DNA of 63,655 nucleotides, counting the filler, from Guillardia theta CCMP2712 (Eukaryota; Protista; Cryptophyta): assembly GCF_000315625.1 (NCBI RefSeq). It is 7 parts of 7 records of this genome, joined end to end, with 100 filler letters (N's around TTAATTAATTAA, not from the genome) between each part and the next. Parts side by side here need not be neighbours in the genome. Positions count along the whole stretch, not along the records: positions 32,752 to 48,154 come from NW_005434318.1; positions 48,255 to 56,815 come from NW_005434252.1; 5 more parts are not named here. One strand, 5' to 3'. Each line of letters begins with the position of its first letter. Within the stretch, counting starts at the first letter, position 1. The position numbers and the translations under genes are program-made. The notes under the pieces are model-generated. The model was not told the origin of the DNA, searched no databases, and saw only the letters and a list, made by a program, of their open reading frames with translations. Positions 36,739 to 52,419 of the stretch are shown piece after piece.

Positions 36739-39700
36739 CTACGAGATATTACGAGCTGAGAAAGGATACATTTCATCATCCGAATCTGTATGGCCCTCTG
36801 CCGTCGCTCTTCCCGCTCGGTTCTCACTCGTCAAAGCTTCAACAGTCTGAGCGTCTTCCGTGCCCTCGATGGTCTCAGCTGCGCTCTGTCCTACCTGCTG
36901 CGACTCTTCGCTCTTGACATCCGGGTTTACAGGAGGGATGGAGAAGGCAACCGTTGTGACAGTGGAGGTGTAGATAGCCTCCTGCACTTGGGCGTTGGCG
37001 CCTCCAGCACGATGGCACGTCCAGCAGCGAGCTTTCGGTCCTCGCCTGCAGTATGTACAAGCAAAGCACATGCACATCGTTCCCGCTATGCAAGGAAGGA
37101 CACAGATCAAGACCACATTGATAGACGAACTGATCTTTCCTTCTGCTGTTGGTGGAAGGGGCGTGGTGGACAGCGGCAAGGTGGTCTCCTGTGGCGCGTA
37201 GGATAGCTTGGTTGTAGCTGCTTCAGTTGTCCCATCGACATACGGGCCAGACGTCGAAGCAGTTTGAGAACCTCCAACAAGGTACACGGACACTGAAGGA
37301 TATTCCAAGATCTGCACATTCTGAAGCCCTTGTCCTCTCAGAGCCTCTAGAAGCTTCTCTGACCCCAGGTTAGATTGCACGCTCTTCCATTCCGCGTTCA
37401 GCTCAAGGAAGACTTGATAGCCCACATCGTACTCTACAGCCAGTGCCCGACGAGCTCCATGCACCTCCCGTATGTACGTGATGTTCACGCTACTGCTGTT
37501 AACCCCTGCTGCTGCCGCCAACCCCAATATGAACTTTCCTCTCATAGTCTCATTCAGGCTGCTCCCCACCCGCACTGCTCCTGTCAGCACGAGCAACTTC
37601 GTCCCAGTTGCTGTCCCGTCAGCCGTGTCGATGCACACAGCGTCTTGCGACGCCGAGTTCTCCCCACAGCTCACGAGCTGGCGCTGGTTTGCTCCACACC
37701 TCGTGCATGCGACACAGCTACCTCTGCCTCCCCCGCCGCACGCTGATCTGCGGTAGTCTTGGTTGCAGTACAGCTGAGAGCAGGCGGCGCATCGTCGGTT
37801 CGCGGAGGGCGAGCAGTCCGTCAGCATGTACTCGCTCTGCGTGCACGTGGAACACGTCAGGCACTCTCCCCGGGACCCGTTGCCGCAGCCAGACAAGTAC
37901 TGTCCTCCAGTGCAGTTCTTGCTCATCAACTCACAGTCGTACGTCTGAAACTCGCCGACCGCTATCACTGTTACACCTTGGAACGTGGCCGGCTGCTGGG
38001 CTAGCCTCCTTCGAGCCCCTGGTACTCCGACCGAGCATCGACAAGTCACCGTTCCAGCCGTCAGGTCCACCCCTTCTACACTGCACCCGCTGTCTTCAAA
38101 CCCTCCGTTGCTCCACCACACACATCTCGCCACCAGCACAGACTGTGACGCAGTCACGACGGCCGTCCGGCTCACCGGCATCACGATCGAGACTTGAGAT
38201 ATCGGGTTGCTCACTGACATGGAAACTCCTACCAGCGGTGTGAGTGGAGTGGATCCGTTCACTGGACCGCTCACAGCTCCGTACATGTGAGCTCCTACTG
38301 TTACTCGCCCCGTCACTCCCGTCTGACCAGACGAGTATCGAAACGAGGCGTTCTTCGCCTGAAACATGCCCATCAACCCTGGAGGCACATCCAATATGCT
38401 CTTGCCTCCCACAACCCCCTCCACGTTGTCGGCAACCAATCGATGTGACGAGTACTGCTGTACGTACTGCACGCTTTGACCTGTTGCAAGGCTGACTGAG
38501 AAACCCTCCGTCACCGCAGCCGTGTTTGACGTCACCCGGTCTAGGATGGGACCGTCCGTGTATGACCCGGTCTCCATCCATTTCATGGCGACACCGAAGA
38601 TTTTCAACACATGCAGCATGATCCCTTCCACTGTCTCCCCGGCATAGCGCTGCAACAGACCATCCACCTGCTCGACGATCTGCGAAACCGATGTGTTGCT
38701 CTGCAAGCCCAGCTCGCTCCCTACGCTCTCAAGAGTGCTCAGCGCATCGGACATGAAGTCCGTAGTGGCCGGATACGATCCGTACGTGGGCTTCAGCAGC
38801 GACAGCATGTACATAATCAGCGTACGAGAATGAGACAAGTCCGTCACATTTGCATTCAGTTGAGCCACAAGCTCCAGTGATACCGAAGTGATAAGCTGGT
38901 TGAGTCCTGCTACGTTCTGCGTCTGCGCCTTCTCGCTCATGTCCTGCGTCACGCTGGACCAGTCACTCGCTGCTTGTAACAGCCTTCTCCCCGTCGTCAC
39001 AGTCTTGACGGTATCCTGCATGACGGACGTGAAGGCGCCTCTGCCGTCCGACACAATCGCGTTCATCTGGATGGCACTGCTTGACGGAAGCCGCATGATC
39101 AGGTAGGGCAGCGTCGTGGGCTGAAACCACTTGGTGATTGTCTCCCCGTCCTGCACGTAGGAGAACCCGAACTCGTACGTCAGAGGCGTGTCTGGGTCTA
39201 TCCAGTTCGCGCAAGTAACGACGAACTCGTCCAGCAGCGGCCTACCTTGCTTCGTGCAGCTCCCAGAGTCTGACACCAGGCAGGCATAGCATGTCCCTCC
39301 CTGAGGAGGAGTGTTGACCAAGAAGCTCGNNNNNNNNNNNNNNNNNNNNNNNNNNNNNNNNNNNNNNNNNNNNNNNNNNNNNNNNNNNNNNNNNNNNNNN
39401 NNNNNNNNNNNNNNNNNNNNNNNNNNNNNNNNNNNNNNNNNNNNNNNNNNNNNNNNNNNNNNNNNNNNNNNNNNNNNNNNNNNNNNNNNNNNNNNNNNNN
39501 NGACATACAGAGCTGAAGGATAAGGACAAGAAGCCTCGTACACGAGTTTGTCTCCCTGGTTGACGATGCCCATGGCACCATCGTACGTCTGTACGTTTGA
39601 CGTCAGCATCACCGCCGGCACGAAAGCTTTCGTGACTTGCACGCGCTTCGAGGCCGTTGAAGGAGTCTTGTCTCCCTTTGGACACTACCAGCGAGAACGT

Positions 39701-42700
39701 GTAGAAGAGCTCTCCGGTGTCCGTCAGCGACCCTCCCGGGACGACGAGCTGGGCCCCACTGGGAAGCTCAAGCAGTTGCTGATTCTTGTTCAAGCACGGC
39801 ATTGAGAAGGTTCCATCCGAGAAATAGCAACTCCAGTCGTAGGTCAGCCCCTGGTCAACGCCTTTCTTCACGTCAAAGTCTCTTGAGCTGCTTGCATCCA
39901 ACCGGAGCTCCGAAACCTCCGACATCTGGATCAGATCGCCGCCAGCTATCGCACCCATCAGCGGCAGGTTCCCTATTGTAAGAGTGAAGCTCGCCGTCGT
40001 AGAAACCGAGCTGTCTCCCTGCAGGCTTACGCTGACGTCAAACGTGTACGTGTTCCCAGCTTGTAGCTCATACTTGGGTATCCAGAGCTGCGACGTGCTG
40101 CTTGGGACGTAGCTCGTAGACACGGCAACGCCGGAAGATTGCGACCACTGAAAGATCATGTCGTTCTTTGCTACTGGGCATGACGAGAACACAGCGGTTG
40201 CAGTGATAGTGACATCCTGATCTACAAACGTTGATAAGGGTGACTGAGGCGTGAAGACAACAGTAGGGGAAGGGAAGGCTTTCTTGGTTATCGACGTCAC
40301 CGCCTCCTTGCTTGAGAAACCCAAGAAGTCCTTCACTGTCACTCCGATCGTGTATGTCTTCCCCGTCGAAGCCATCTCAGCCACTCCAGCTTCAAATTGT
40401 ATGATGCTCGTGCTTGGCAGCAAGCTTGCAAGGAATGTGTTCAGCCCATCGTCGTTAAGACACCGCCACGTGTAGCTCAGCTGTCGAGCGCTCTTAGCAA
40501 GGGCTCGCACTGTGAGAGGCGAGCAAGGGTCCACCTCTTGTGGGGCGCTGATCTGCACCGAGGGGTACAGAGGAGAAAGAGGTTTCTCGACCCTGACAGC
40601 AGCAAGCATGGGCATCGAGACTTGATTTACAGACCGGATGCCTCTGACGGTGATGAGCGAGCTTGGCAAGACGGTGGCGCCGGGGGAGAGGAAGATGTTG
40701 AAAGCTTGATCTGTGGTCCACACGCATCTCGGTGCCGTCTGGCCGAGCAGACCCGCCTCGCTCCCCACGAAGCCATCGCACGAGGAGCCCGACGCCTGCA
40801 TAAGGGACCGCCCGTCGGTTGCTTGATCCAGAGTCACGGTGATGAAGGCTGCGGTTGAGTCGAAGCTTGCTCGCGTCACCTTCGGGCTGGCCCAATACAC
40901 AAAATCTGTGCGAGCAACGATCGATGGGTCAGACCTCATGGTCGCTTGAAATGTCACCGTCGACGACCCAGCCGATACTGTGCAAGCTGAGCATGTGTAC
41001 TCGGGGGGGTTGACAGAGATGATGATCATTGTAGTGTTGCATGAGACAACTGTAAAGTCTGCACGCAGTGAGCCTATCATGATGACGAGCTGGTCTTGAG
41101 CCGCGCTCCTGGTGGTGAGAGGAATGTTCTTGATAGACGCTATCAGCGGCGACGGATTCGTCACAGACGCTACGCATGACCTGGACACGCACTTGAGCTC
41201 CCTCCTGTCATCGACCACCTGCATCTGGAAGGCCACCGTCCAGCTCAACATCGAGCTTTCACTCGTTCGAAGAGACACAGTACAGGCAATGCTGCCGATC
41301 CCTTGAATCGCCGGGATCTTCGTTTGGAATATCGCGCTGTGAGCGTCAACCACCGTCACCGAACGAAGTCCGCTGCTCGCGTCCACCACGCCTTCATCGC
41401 TTCCGAAGGTCACAACAAACCCAGCTGACCCTACAAATGTTCCATCCTTGGCGATGCTGACCGCTATCCAGTCTTCGATGTTTTCTACAGCCACTTCAAC
41501 GATGTTGCCGTTCGACTGCTGGAGGTCTGACCAAGTCACGTACCCTGTCTGCGGAGACTTGCCGTTCCCGCACACGCCATTCACGATACACATGCTCCCG
41601 GGATTGCACGTCCTACAGAAGCGCACGAGCTTCACGGCTGGAGTTGGCTTGTAATACGTGAAAGACGTCGAGGCTTCTCTGATGAAGCCTCTCAGCGCTC
41701 CTGTGTTCACCTGCCGTACACTGACGCTTGTTTGGCCCGAGTTCATGCCTCCCAGCACAGCAGATGCCGGAGGTACGACGATCTGCATCTCTGTGTAGGC
41801 ACTTGTACTTGTCAGCCGCACAATCCCACAGTACAAGCTGCAGGACGGCAGCACACACTGGCATTCGACGCTCCCGAACTTCAACGACACCTCTGCTGGA
41901 GACTTTACGATGGGGAAGTTGACGATGGTAAGGGTTGTCATGTATGCTTGGTCTCCCACTAGGCTCGGGTACGTCCTACCCTGTGACGTCGCCACGTTGG
42001 GTACAAGGCTTGAGATCGCAGGTCTGTTCACGTAGTCGAAGTAGAACTTTGCCGATGAGAGGTCATAACCATTCCCTACTACCCCTATCGCACTTCCAAT
42101 GCTTTGAGCTGCCGGTGCAACATACGACAAGTAAACATAGTTCCAGGGCGAGGAGTACTGACGTAGAGTCCATCCTACTATCTGCGTGCTCTGCACGGAA
42201 ACACTCAAGTTGCCAGGTGAGGGCAGCAGCCCCCAGGCTGACACGTTCATCTGGATGCCTCCGTCTACCGGACAATCGACTGGATCCACTTGAGCTTGCG
42301 GAATCAGATACGCGAAGTCATTATATTGCACCTTCTTGGTGCCGTTAGCGATCTCAACGCTGCAAGCACCTGGTAGAAACGAGGGAGGGACAACAAAGCT
42401 GAGCTGAAGCAGTCCGTTGACAACACCGAGCACTACGCTAGCAGGACTCGAAGAAACCGATCTCACGGTGAAGGTGATATTGATCCCTGCTTGCTCAGCC
42501 GTGCATTGCGAAGAGGCACATGGAGGCATAAAGTTCTCAACCAAGATACTGGCCCTGGAAGATTGAGCTTGGCAGCTGACACTGCTTGGCTGCTTGCAGA
42601 TGTACTGCGAAGAAGGTTGGAAGAGCCTAATCTTGGGAGCATTGCTCGCAACGTACTGAAAGTCAAAGGAAACCGTCTTGTACTGATACGTGACAGTGAC

Positions 42701-45700
42701 CTGCGCTATCCCTACGTATCCCTGTAATGCTGGCATCAGGATATCTACGTCATGCACTGCACACTCCGGATACAAGCAGCTTGGGTTCTTTAGACTGATG
42801 CTCACTACACTGACCATCTTGACTTCATTCTGTGTGGTGTGCAGGCTGACATTCAGCTCTGTCACCGAAGTACCTGGTCTCAGGTAAGCAACCGTGAACT
42901 GAACTGCGGTATTCACGTCCGTCGGCCCTGATGTTGGATAGAAGCGCATCAGTCTCGGAGGAGGAGTGTCTTGCACAGTGATTTGCATCTTCGCTCCTCG
43001 AGCGCATAACACTTCTCCAGTACAGTCCTTAGCACCAAGTCCGTACAAGGCACAGACTTCGAGCGATGCCCGATAGCAAACTGAAATCGATATCAACCCC
43101 ACGGACCAACCCGACTTGGGGGCCGCTACACGTATCAGCAGGTTCGTGCTCTTGGAGTTTGACGCGAAGATGGTGCTGGTTGGCATGGACTGTTGACTTA
43201 GCGAGGAAGATGCTAAGCTATATAGGATTGATGAAGCATTGTAAGGGTACTTGAGCTGAGGTACGTTCACAAGCTCAGCTTGTAGAGTGAGATCATCTGT
43301 TCGCATGATGGTTGTCGGAGAGAATGATCGTACAGTTGCGTTCCCACTCAGCAAGCGAAGATATTGATACTGGAACGATGCCGTTCTGATTGCAGAACCC
43401 AAGGTCAACGTGAGGGTGACTGTTGCAAGCTGATCCTCATCGATTCTCACGGAAGGAATCGTCATCACTAGCGAGCCCGTGGAGCCTTGCAGGCTAGATC
43501 CTCTTGCTAGGCTCAAACTCTCCGTAGCAACAATCAGCTGGATGCCAGGAATCCTCAACATCCCCTCGATGTCTGCAGGTTGAGTGATGGGAAGTTACTA
43601 AACTCAACCAGCACCTTGTTCCCTCCAGTGGCCACACCAACAGTTTGATTCACAGATAGAATCGACGCGTCTGGAACCAATACTTGTTTCACGCAGAATT
43701 GTGCGTTGCATTGTGCAGCAGACACGCCTTGCAGCAGCAACACATCTGGAACCTCCTGCAGACTACAAAATGTCTCATAGTTGCACGGCAGGTACGTTGC
43801 TACTGAGCGAAGGTAGCTGCTTACCCCTGAGCCATTCCACACCATCAGCTTCACCGTCGCATTGCCCAGTGAGCTCAGAGGCGTCAGCAGCACCTTCAGC
43901 CGTGTCCGATTGCAGTCTGGGACCCCGGGCTGGCACGTGGCTTCATTGGAAAGCGAGACCACCTGTGATGTGTATCCATTCACTGTGACATTGAGCTGAC
44001 CAGCTTTCAAGTCTTGCGGACAGTTGGCAAGAAGCAACGTGACCTCCGTCCTGTAAGCAAGGGTTCGTCCAAATACTGAAGTCGACACTGGCACTCCATC
44101 GGGATTCATGCTCAGGATTCTCAAGGCAAAGCCGTCGAAGAAGGTATAGTCAAAGTTGACAGATTTCACGAGGCTTCCTGATGTGACGTTGATGGACACA
44201 AGCACGTGCTCTAAAGCTGGATACGCTGGCAACTTGACACGTATCCTTGTCACTTTATCGTCAACCCTGCTTGGAGGAGAGTCTATACTCGCTGCCATGG
44301 TCACACTTCCTTTGACCCCAGCAGTCAAGGCAGAGTAGGTCTCCCAAGGGAAGTTCACAAGGTATATGTCTTCATACAAGGATGCGCTTTGAGCACTTCC
44401 CTGAGTGGGTATTGGATTCACGATTCCAAGTACACTCATATCCTGCTGGAAAAAGCTGAAGCGACTTTGCTGGCAGCTTGCTCCACATCCGGTCGCTTTC
44501 ATGACAACCGCAACCTCCCCCGGTGCAGTCGCAGGCGTGATGATGTTGAGAACGCACGAGAGTCGCGATGACAGTTTTGATATTGAGACGGTTCCTGCAA
44601 GTCTGTCACACGTTGTTGCTGCTGGGGCATCAGCCAGGATGGTCGACCCGAATTGCACTGTGAGGCATTGTGACGGCACATCAATGCAGCTCTCGATGGC
44701 CGTGGGATACCGGAAGTATCCAATCTCCACCTTGATGGCTTGACATCCAGTGCTCGGGCCAGATGTTGCAGAAACTGAGTTGAGCTGTTGTGGTGAAGCA
44801 ATGTACGTGTAGTTGAAACGCACAGCTTTGAGAAGGTTGCTTGTCGGTAGAATGCGAACTTCCACTGTCTGCTGCGCATTCGATCCTAGATCAAACGGCG
44901 AAGGAAACACTCTCACTTCCGTCACTTCAATCACAGACCTCAGCAAAAGCCAGTTGCTCGTCGACTGGTTCTTTCCTGCGATCTGTATTATCAGATTCTT
45001 CGTGGTCACCAAGGGAAAGTTTGCAATGCCAATGTCGATCGAGTTTCCTCCGGTATCCGGCCCCTGCGAGCTTGAGACATATTGCACGTAGGGCTCCCTG
45101 TCGTCATAATAACTCACTGTGAAGCAGTTGCTCACATACGGCCTACACGCGGTATCGCATGACATCTGCTGACAACACGAAGTAGGACAATCTACAACCC
45201 CATGCACCAAGATCCCTCCTACTGTCCCTGCTGAAACAACCCCTTCGATCATATTAGCTTGCACCTCAAATTTGATGATTCCTGTACGAGTTTCGGCGTT
45301 CAAGGATACCAACAGAACAGGGAAGCAGTCCGAATAGCTAGTGCAGTTGTTGCGATACCGATATTTGCCCACCATGATTGTGTATTCAGAAGGCATGACC
45401 GATGAATCGATATTCTCTATGAAAAGAGACACCCTGGTAGTGGTGCTTCCCTTGGCCCTGATCGTATTCACACCAGTATCGCCATACTCGTTCAGGATCA
45501 AGTAGATCCTCGCTTTTCTATCATTGAAGAATAGAAATGAGTCGAAAGTAGCTTTTGCATCAGTGTTCTTCACGTTCACCATGCTTGTAGAGTATCTCTT
45601 ATGATACACAATGACATTCGCGTATCCAGGGGACACGGAATCACCGCTTGGGGATGACACATCGACGGTCATGGGACCGAGCATGTAAGACGCCTTCTGT

Positions 45701-48150
45701 CTCTGACAACTCTCCAGCCGTCCTGACAAAGAAGTCGCATTGGTCAGAGATGCGCTGACAAACAAGACTCCCACGTCCGTGCAGCCATTGCCTGCCGCGT
45801 CGGTCTCGGGAAAGTTTTGTATCGAGATTTGTATCCGCACTGGCTGCGACACTCCCCCTGTGGTGGGGAACATTGAAGCCACTTCAACGCTCGGAGCTGC
45901 AATGTACTGAAACTCCTGTAACTCCAACCGGAAAGTCGACGATCTCCGACTCAAGCTCCCAATGATTGTTGGCCTCACAGCAGCACTGGCAGACATCGGG
46001 GGCAGGAGAAACTGGATGGTCGCCAAGTTCGAACAGAACGGCGAAGCCTCGTATGTCACGCTTGACGCATCTATAGATTCGTTGGTTGGACTTATGACTA
46101 TTCGCACAGCAGTGGCTGTGAGACCTGCAGGTACATTTGATAGTCGTACAATGTATGGAGTGTAGGAGAACCGATACCCCGACGAAGGAAAGGAATCAAT
46201 CAATGTCACTGCTGTCTGGCTGATCAATTCTACCAGGAAGCTTGTGTTGCGAACACAAGGCGAATGCTGGCAAAGCATGACGTCGATACCGTATACACCC
46301 ATCAAGCTTGGACCAGATTCTATCACCACATCCAATGAGATGATCTGCTTGCTGGTATCGTACTGCGGAGAAAGAGCCGTAGTATTCATGGAAGGCGAAG
46401 AGACTCTAGTGATAGGAAGGTCCTCAATCTGAGGGGAGCGGATTACTATTCGAGCCACAAAACTTCGTCCACTGCATCCTGAAGATGGCGTCACACTCAC
46501 AACAGACGGGAACTCCCAGCAAGTGCCTTTGCTTCCATTTCCGCATCCAGCCAAGTAAGTGCCCGGAGGACACTGGATCTCCGAGCATTCGTGACATACT
46601 CGATTCGAATATAGCGAACATGCAGAGTACTCGTACTGCGTGCCTGAACAAGCACGGCAGTCTGAACAGTTTGTGTTCTGGAACTTGGTGCAATTTGACG
46701 TCACGAATTGATTCGACAAACAGCGATGACACTGCGTACAAGTTCCTGCACTTCCATTGCCACAACCTTGAAGGTACTCACCAACATTGCATGGCCTCAG
46801 GTTGCAATCTGAGCACACACGATCTGCACTTTGACTGCACGATGACACCTCGTACTGAAAGGAGGAACAAACCTTGCAGCCTAAACACTCTCCCATGGAA
46901 CCGTTCCCACACCCACTTCGATAGAAAGCATCTGAACAACGCAATGACGAGCAGTTCAAACAAACTCGATTTGATAATGAGCTGCACGGAGAAAGCTGAT
47001 ACTGACTTGGCGAACAGATGCCACAATCCTCACAGCTGCCAGTCAGCCCGAAGCCACAGGATTGTANNNNNNNNNNNNNNNNNNNNNNNNNNNNNNNNNN
47101 NNNNNNNNNNNNNNNNNNNNNNNNNNNNNNNNNNNNNNNNNNNNNNNNNNNNNNNNNNNNNNNNNNNNNNNNNNNNNNNNNNNNNNNNNNNNNNNNNNNN
47201 NNNNNNNNNNNNNNNNNNNNNNNNNNNNNNNNNNNNNNNNNNNNNNNNNNNNNNNNNNNNNNNNNNNNNNNNNNNNNNNNNNNNNNNNNNNNNNNNNNNN
47301 NNNNNNNNNNNNNNNNNNNNNNNNNNNNNNNNNNNNNNNNNNNNNNNNNNNNNNNNNNNNNNNNNNNNNNNNNNNNNNNNNNNNGTCAAGTACTCCCCGG
47401 CCCTGCAGCTCCCGCACCCTGTGCACGTCCCGTTCGACTGACCCCCGCATCCCGGTCAGGTACTACCCCGGCCTTGCACGCCTCTGCCGGGCACGCCCTG
47501 CACTCGCCCTCGCTGCCTCTCCCGCACCCGGCCAGGTACTTGCCGTCCTCGCACGCGATCGCACTGCAGTTGCGACACGTCGTGTCTGACGTCCCGTTGC
47601 AGCCTCCGGCCTTGTACTCGCCCTCCCCGCACTCCCGACATCCCCGGCACGTCCCTGCCAGCCCAAGCAAGAGTCAGTCTCCCCTCCCCTCTCGGCCCTG
47701 CCCTGCCCTATTCCCTCTGACCCCTTGTCGACCTCGGTCCCCTGCGCCCAGCCCCTCCCCATCACCGCCCCCTACCCTGGCCCTCCTCGTCTCTACCCAG
47801 CCCTCCCACAGCTTGCTTACCGTTGCTCCGCCCTCCGCAGCCTGTCAGGTACTCCCCGGCCCTGCAGCTCCCGCACCCTGTGCACGTCCCGTTCGACTGA
47901 CCCCCGCATCCGGTCAGGTACTCCCCGGCCTTGCACGCCTCTGCCGGGCACGCCCTGCACTCGCCCTCGCTGCCTCTCCCGCACCCGGCCAGGTACTTGC
48001 CGTCCTCGCACGCGATCGCACTGCAGTTGCGACATGTCGTGTCTGACGTCCCGTTGCAGCCTCCGGCCTTGTACTCGCCCTCCCCGCACTCCCGACATCC
48101 CCGGCACGTCCCTGCCAGCCCAAGCAAGAGTCAGTCTAATGGGTTTCCGC
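36739..48150 (-). CDS. Giant (about 3,700 aa) type I membrane protein: TNFR-like Cys repeats, multiple IPT/TIG-like domains, REJ/PKD-like region, GPS-like motif, Cys repeats, SEA-like region, S/T stalk, one TM; 5' end at linker
   Basis: ORFs 43555..46959, 39242..43561 and 36739..39642 join by single-base indels. TIG-like starts VSVTPSSG, FYPTSGPT and SATSGPSTG; REJ-like LRLDASSSRDFD...LTYDWSC and VNTPPQGGTC...NWIDPDTPLTYEF; GPS-like CVWWSNGGFEDSGC...TVTCRC; TM VVLICVLPCIAGTMCMCFACTYC. Confidence 0.85.
47390..48137. repeat. Near-identical duplicated Cys-repeat block (offset about 458 bp)
   Basis: 47390-47680 matches 47850-48137; encodes GTCRGCRECGEGEYKAGGCNGTSDTTCRNCSAIACEDGKYLAGCG. Confidence 0.9.
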
Positions 48151-48282
48151 ACGANNNNNNNNNNNNNNNNNNNNNNNNNNNNNNNNNNNNNNNNNNNNTT
48201 AATTAATTAANNNNNNNNNNNNNNNNNNNNNNNNNNNNNNNNNNNNNNNNNNNNAAGAGTATCACAACCGAAAATAGACACT

Positions 48283-48612
48283 CACCCTCCCTCCCTTCGC
48301 TCCCTTCCCTTCGCTTCCTCCCTTCGCTCCCTCCCTCTCTCCCTTCCTCCCCTCGCTCCCTTCCCTTCGCTCCCTTCCCTTCGCTCCCTTCCCTTCGCTT
48401 CCTCCCTTCGCTCCCTCCCTCTCTCCCTTCCACCCCTCGCTCCCTCCCTTCGCTCCCTTCCCTTCGCTCCCTTCCCTTCGCTTCCTCCCTTCGCTCCCTC
48501 CCTCTCTCCCTTCCTCCCCTCGCTCCCTCCCTTCGCTCCCTCCCTTCGCTCCCTCCCTTCGCTTCCTCCTTCCCTTCGCTCCCTCCCTCGCACCCTTGCC
48601 CTTCGTTCCCTC
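48283..48612. repeat. Complex (CCCTTCGCT)-based minisatellite
   Basis: Direct reading; 9-14 bp variant units. Confidence 0.9.
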
Positions 48613-49288
48613 CATTCTTCCGGCTCATTCCGTATGCATATTTTCTCAGAATAGAAAAATTTCTGCCCCTCATACCGTCACCCACTGAGAGGCTTTCAGT
48701 GTCGATGCCTCTCAAACTGTGAGGCTCCGAGCCCCGGGGGGTACCAGCTGTGATGTAACCGGAGGGGTACTAAGAATAAAAGGTTTTAGAACTGTACCGT
48801 GAGGCAATTAGATTTAAGAGAATTATTATAGAAAGGTACAGTAAATAATTGTTTTATGGATGAAGTGACTTATATATTTGTATTTATAATACTCATTGTA
48901 TCTTTGACTTGTACAATAATAGACACATGGTACTTTTGTTTGAATTTTGAAAACAAAAAGATTTGAGAAGAACAATCTAGAATAGATATTAATTAGACCT
49001 TTTATAATATATTTTTGACGTAAAATCGACAAAATTATTGTAAAGAATTTGATAGTATCTAATTTTTACATACATATTTATGTTTAATATTCTTTTTCCT
49101 GCCACGCCGCGCCGTCACCTTTGCCATTCAAGATTGGCGGCTTCGAATAAGAATAATAGCTATTAATAAGCGATTTACTTTTATTTCATATGTTCTCAAC
49201 GAGCAGTTTAGGTTGGTTTTCGAGAAATTAATCGACTATTTGTTATTTTGCACGCCAACTCCACGCCATACCACCGAGGCTCTTTACC

Positions 49289-52286
<2,998 letters not shown>

Positions 52287-52419
52287 GTCAGATCCGTGAA
52301 TATGACGACCATGCAAGATCCAAAGAAAGACATTCGTTTCAGAGAGTGAGAGGAGCTTGAATTTCTATGCCTTTTTATTTTTTTTACAAAGAACAATTCT
52401 GCTAATACGTGGATGTCAC

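Noticed and set aside
39640-43575. Giant gene (and NodZ-like gene near 14760) as pseudogenes or programmed frameshifts
   Set aside because: Each break is fixed by a single base in a short homopolymer, and kilobases of open frame flank it. Sequencing error is more likely; check the reads.
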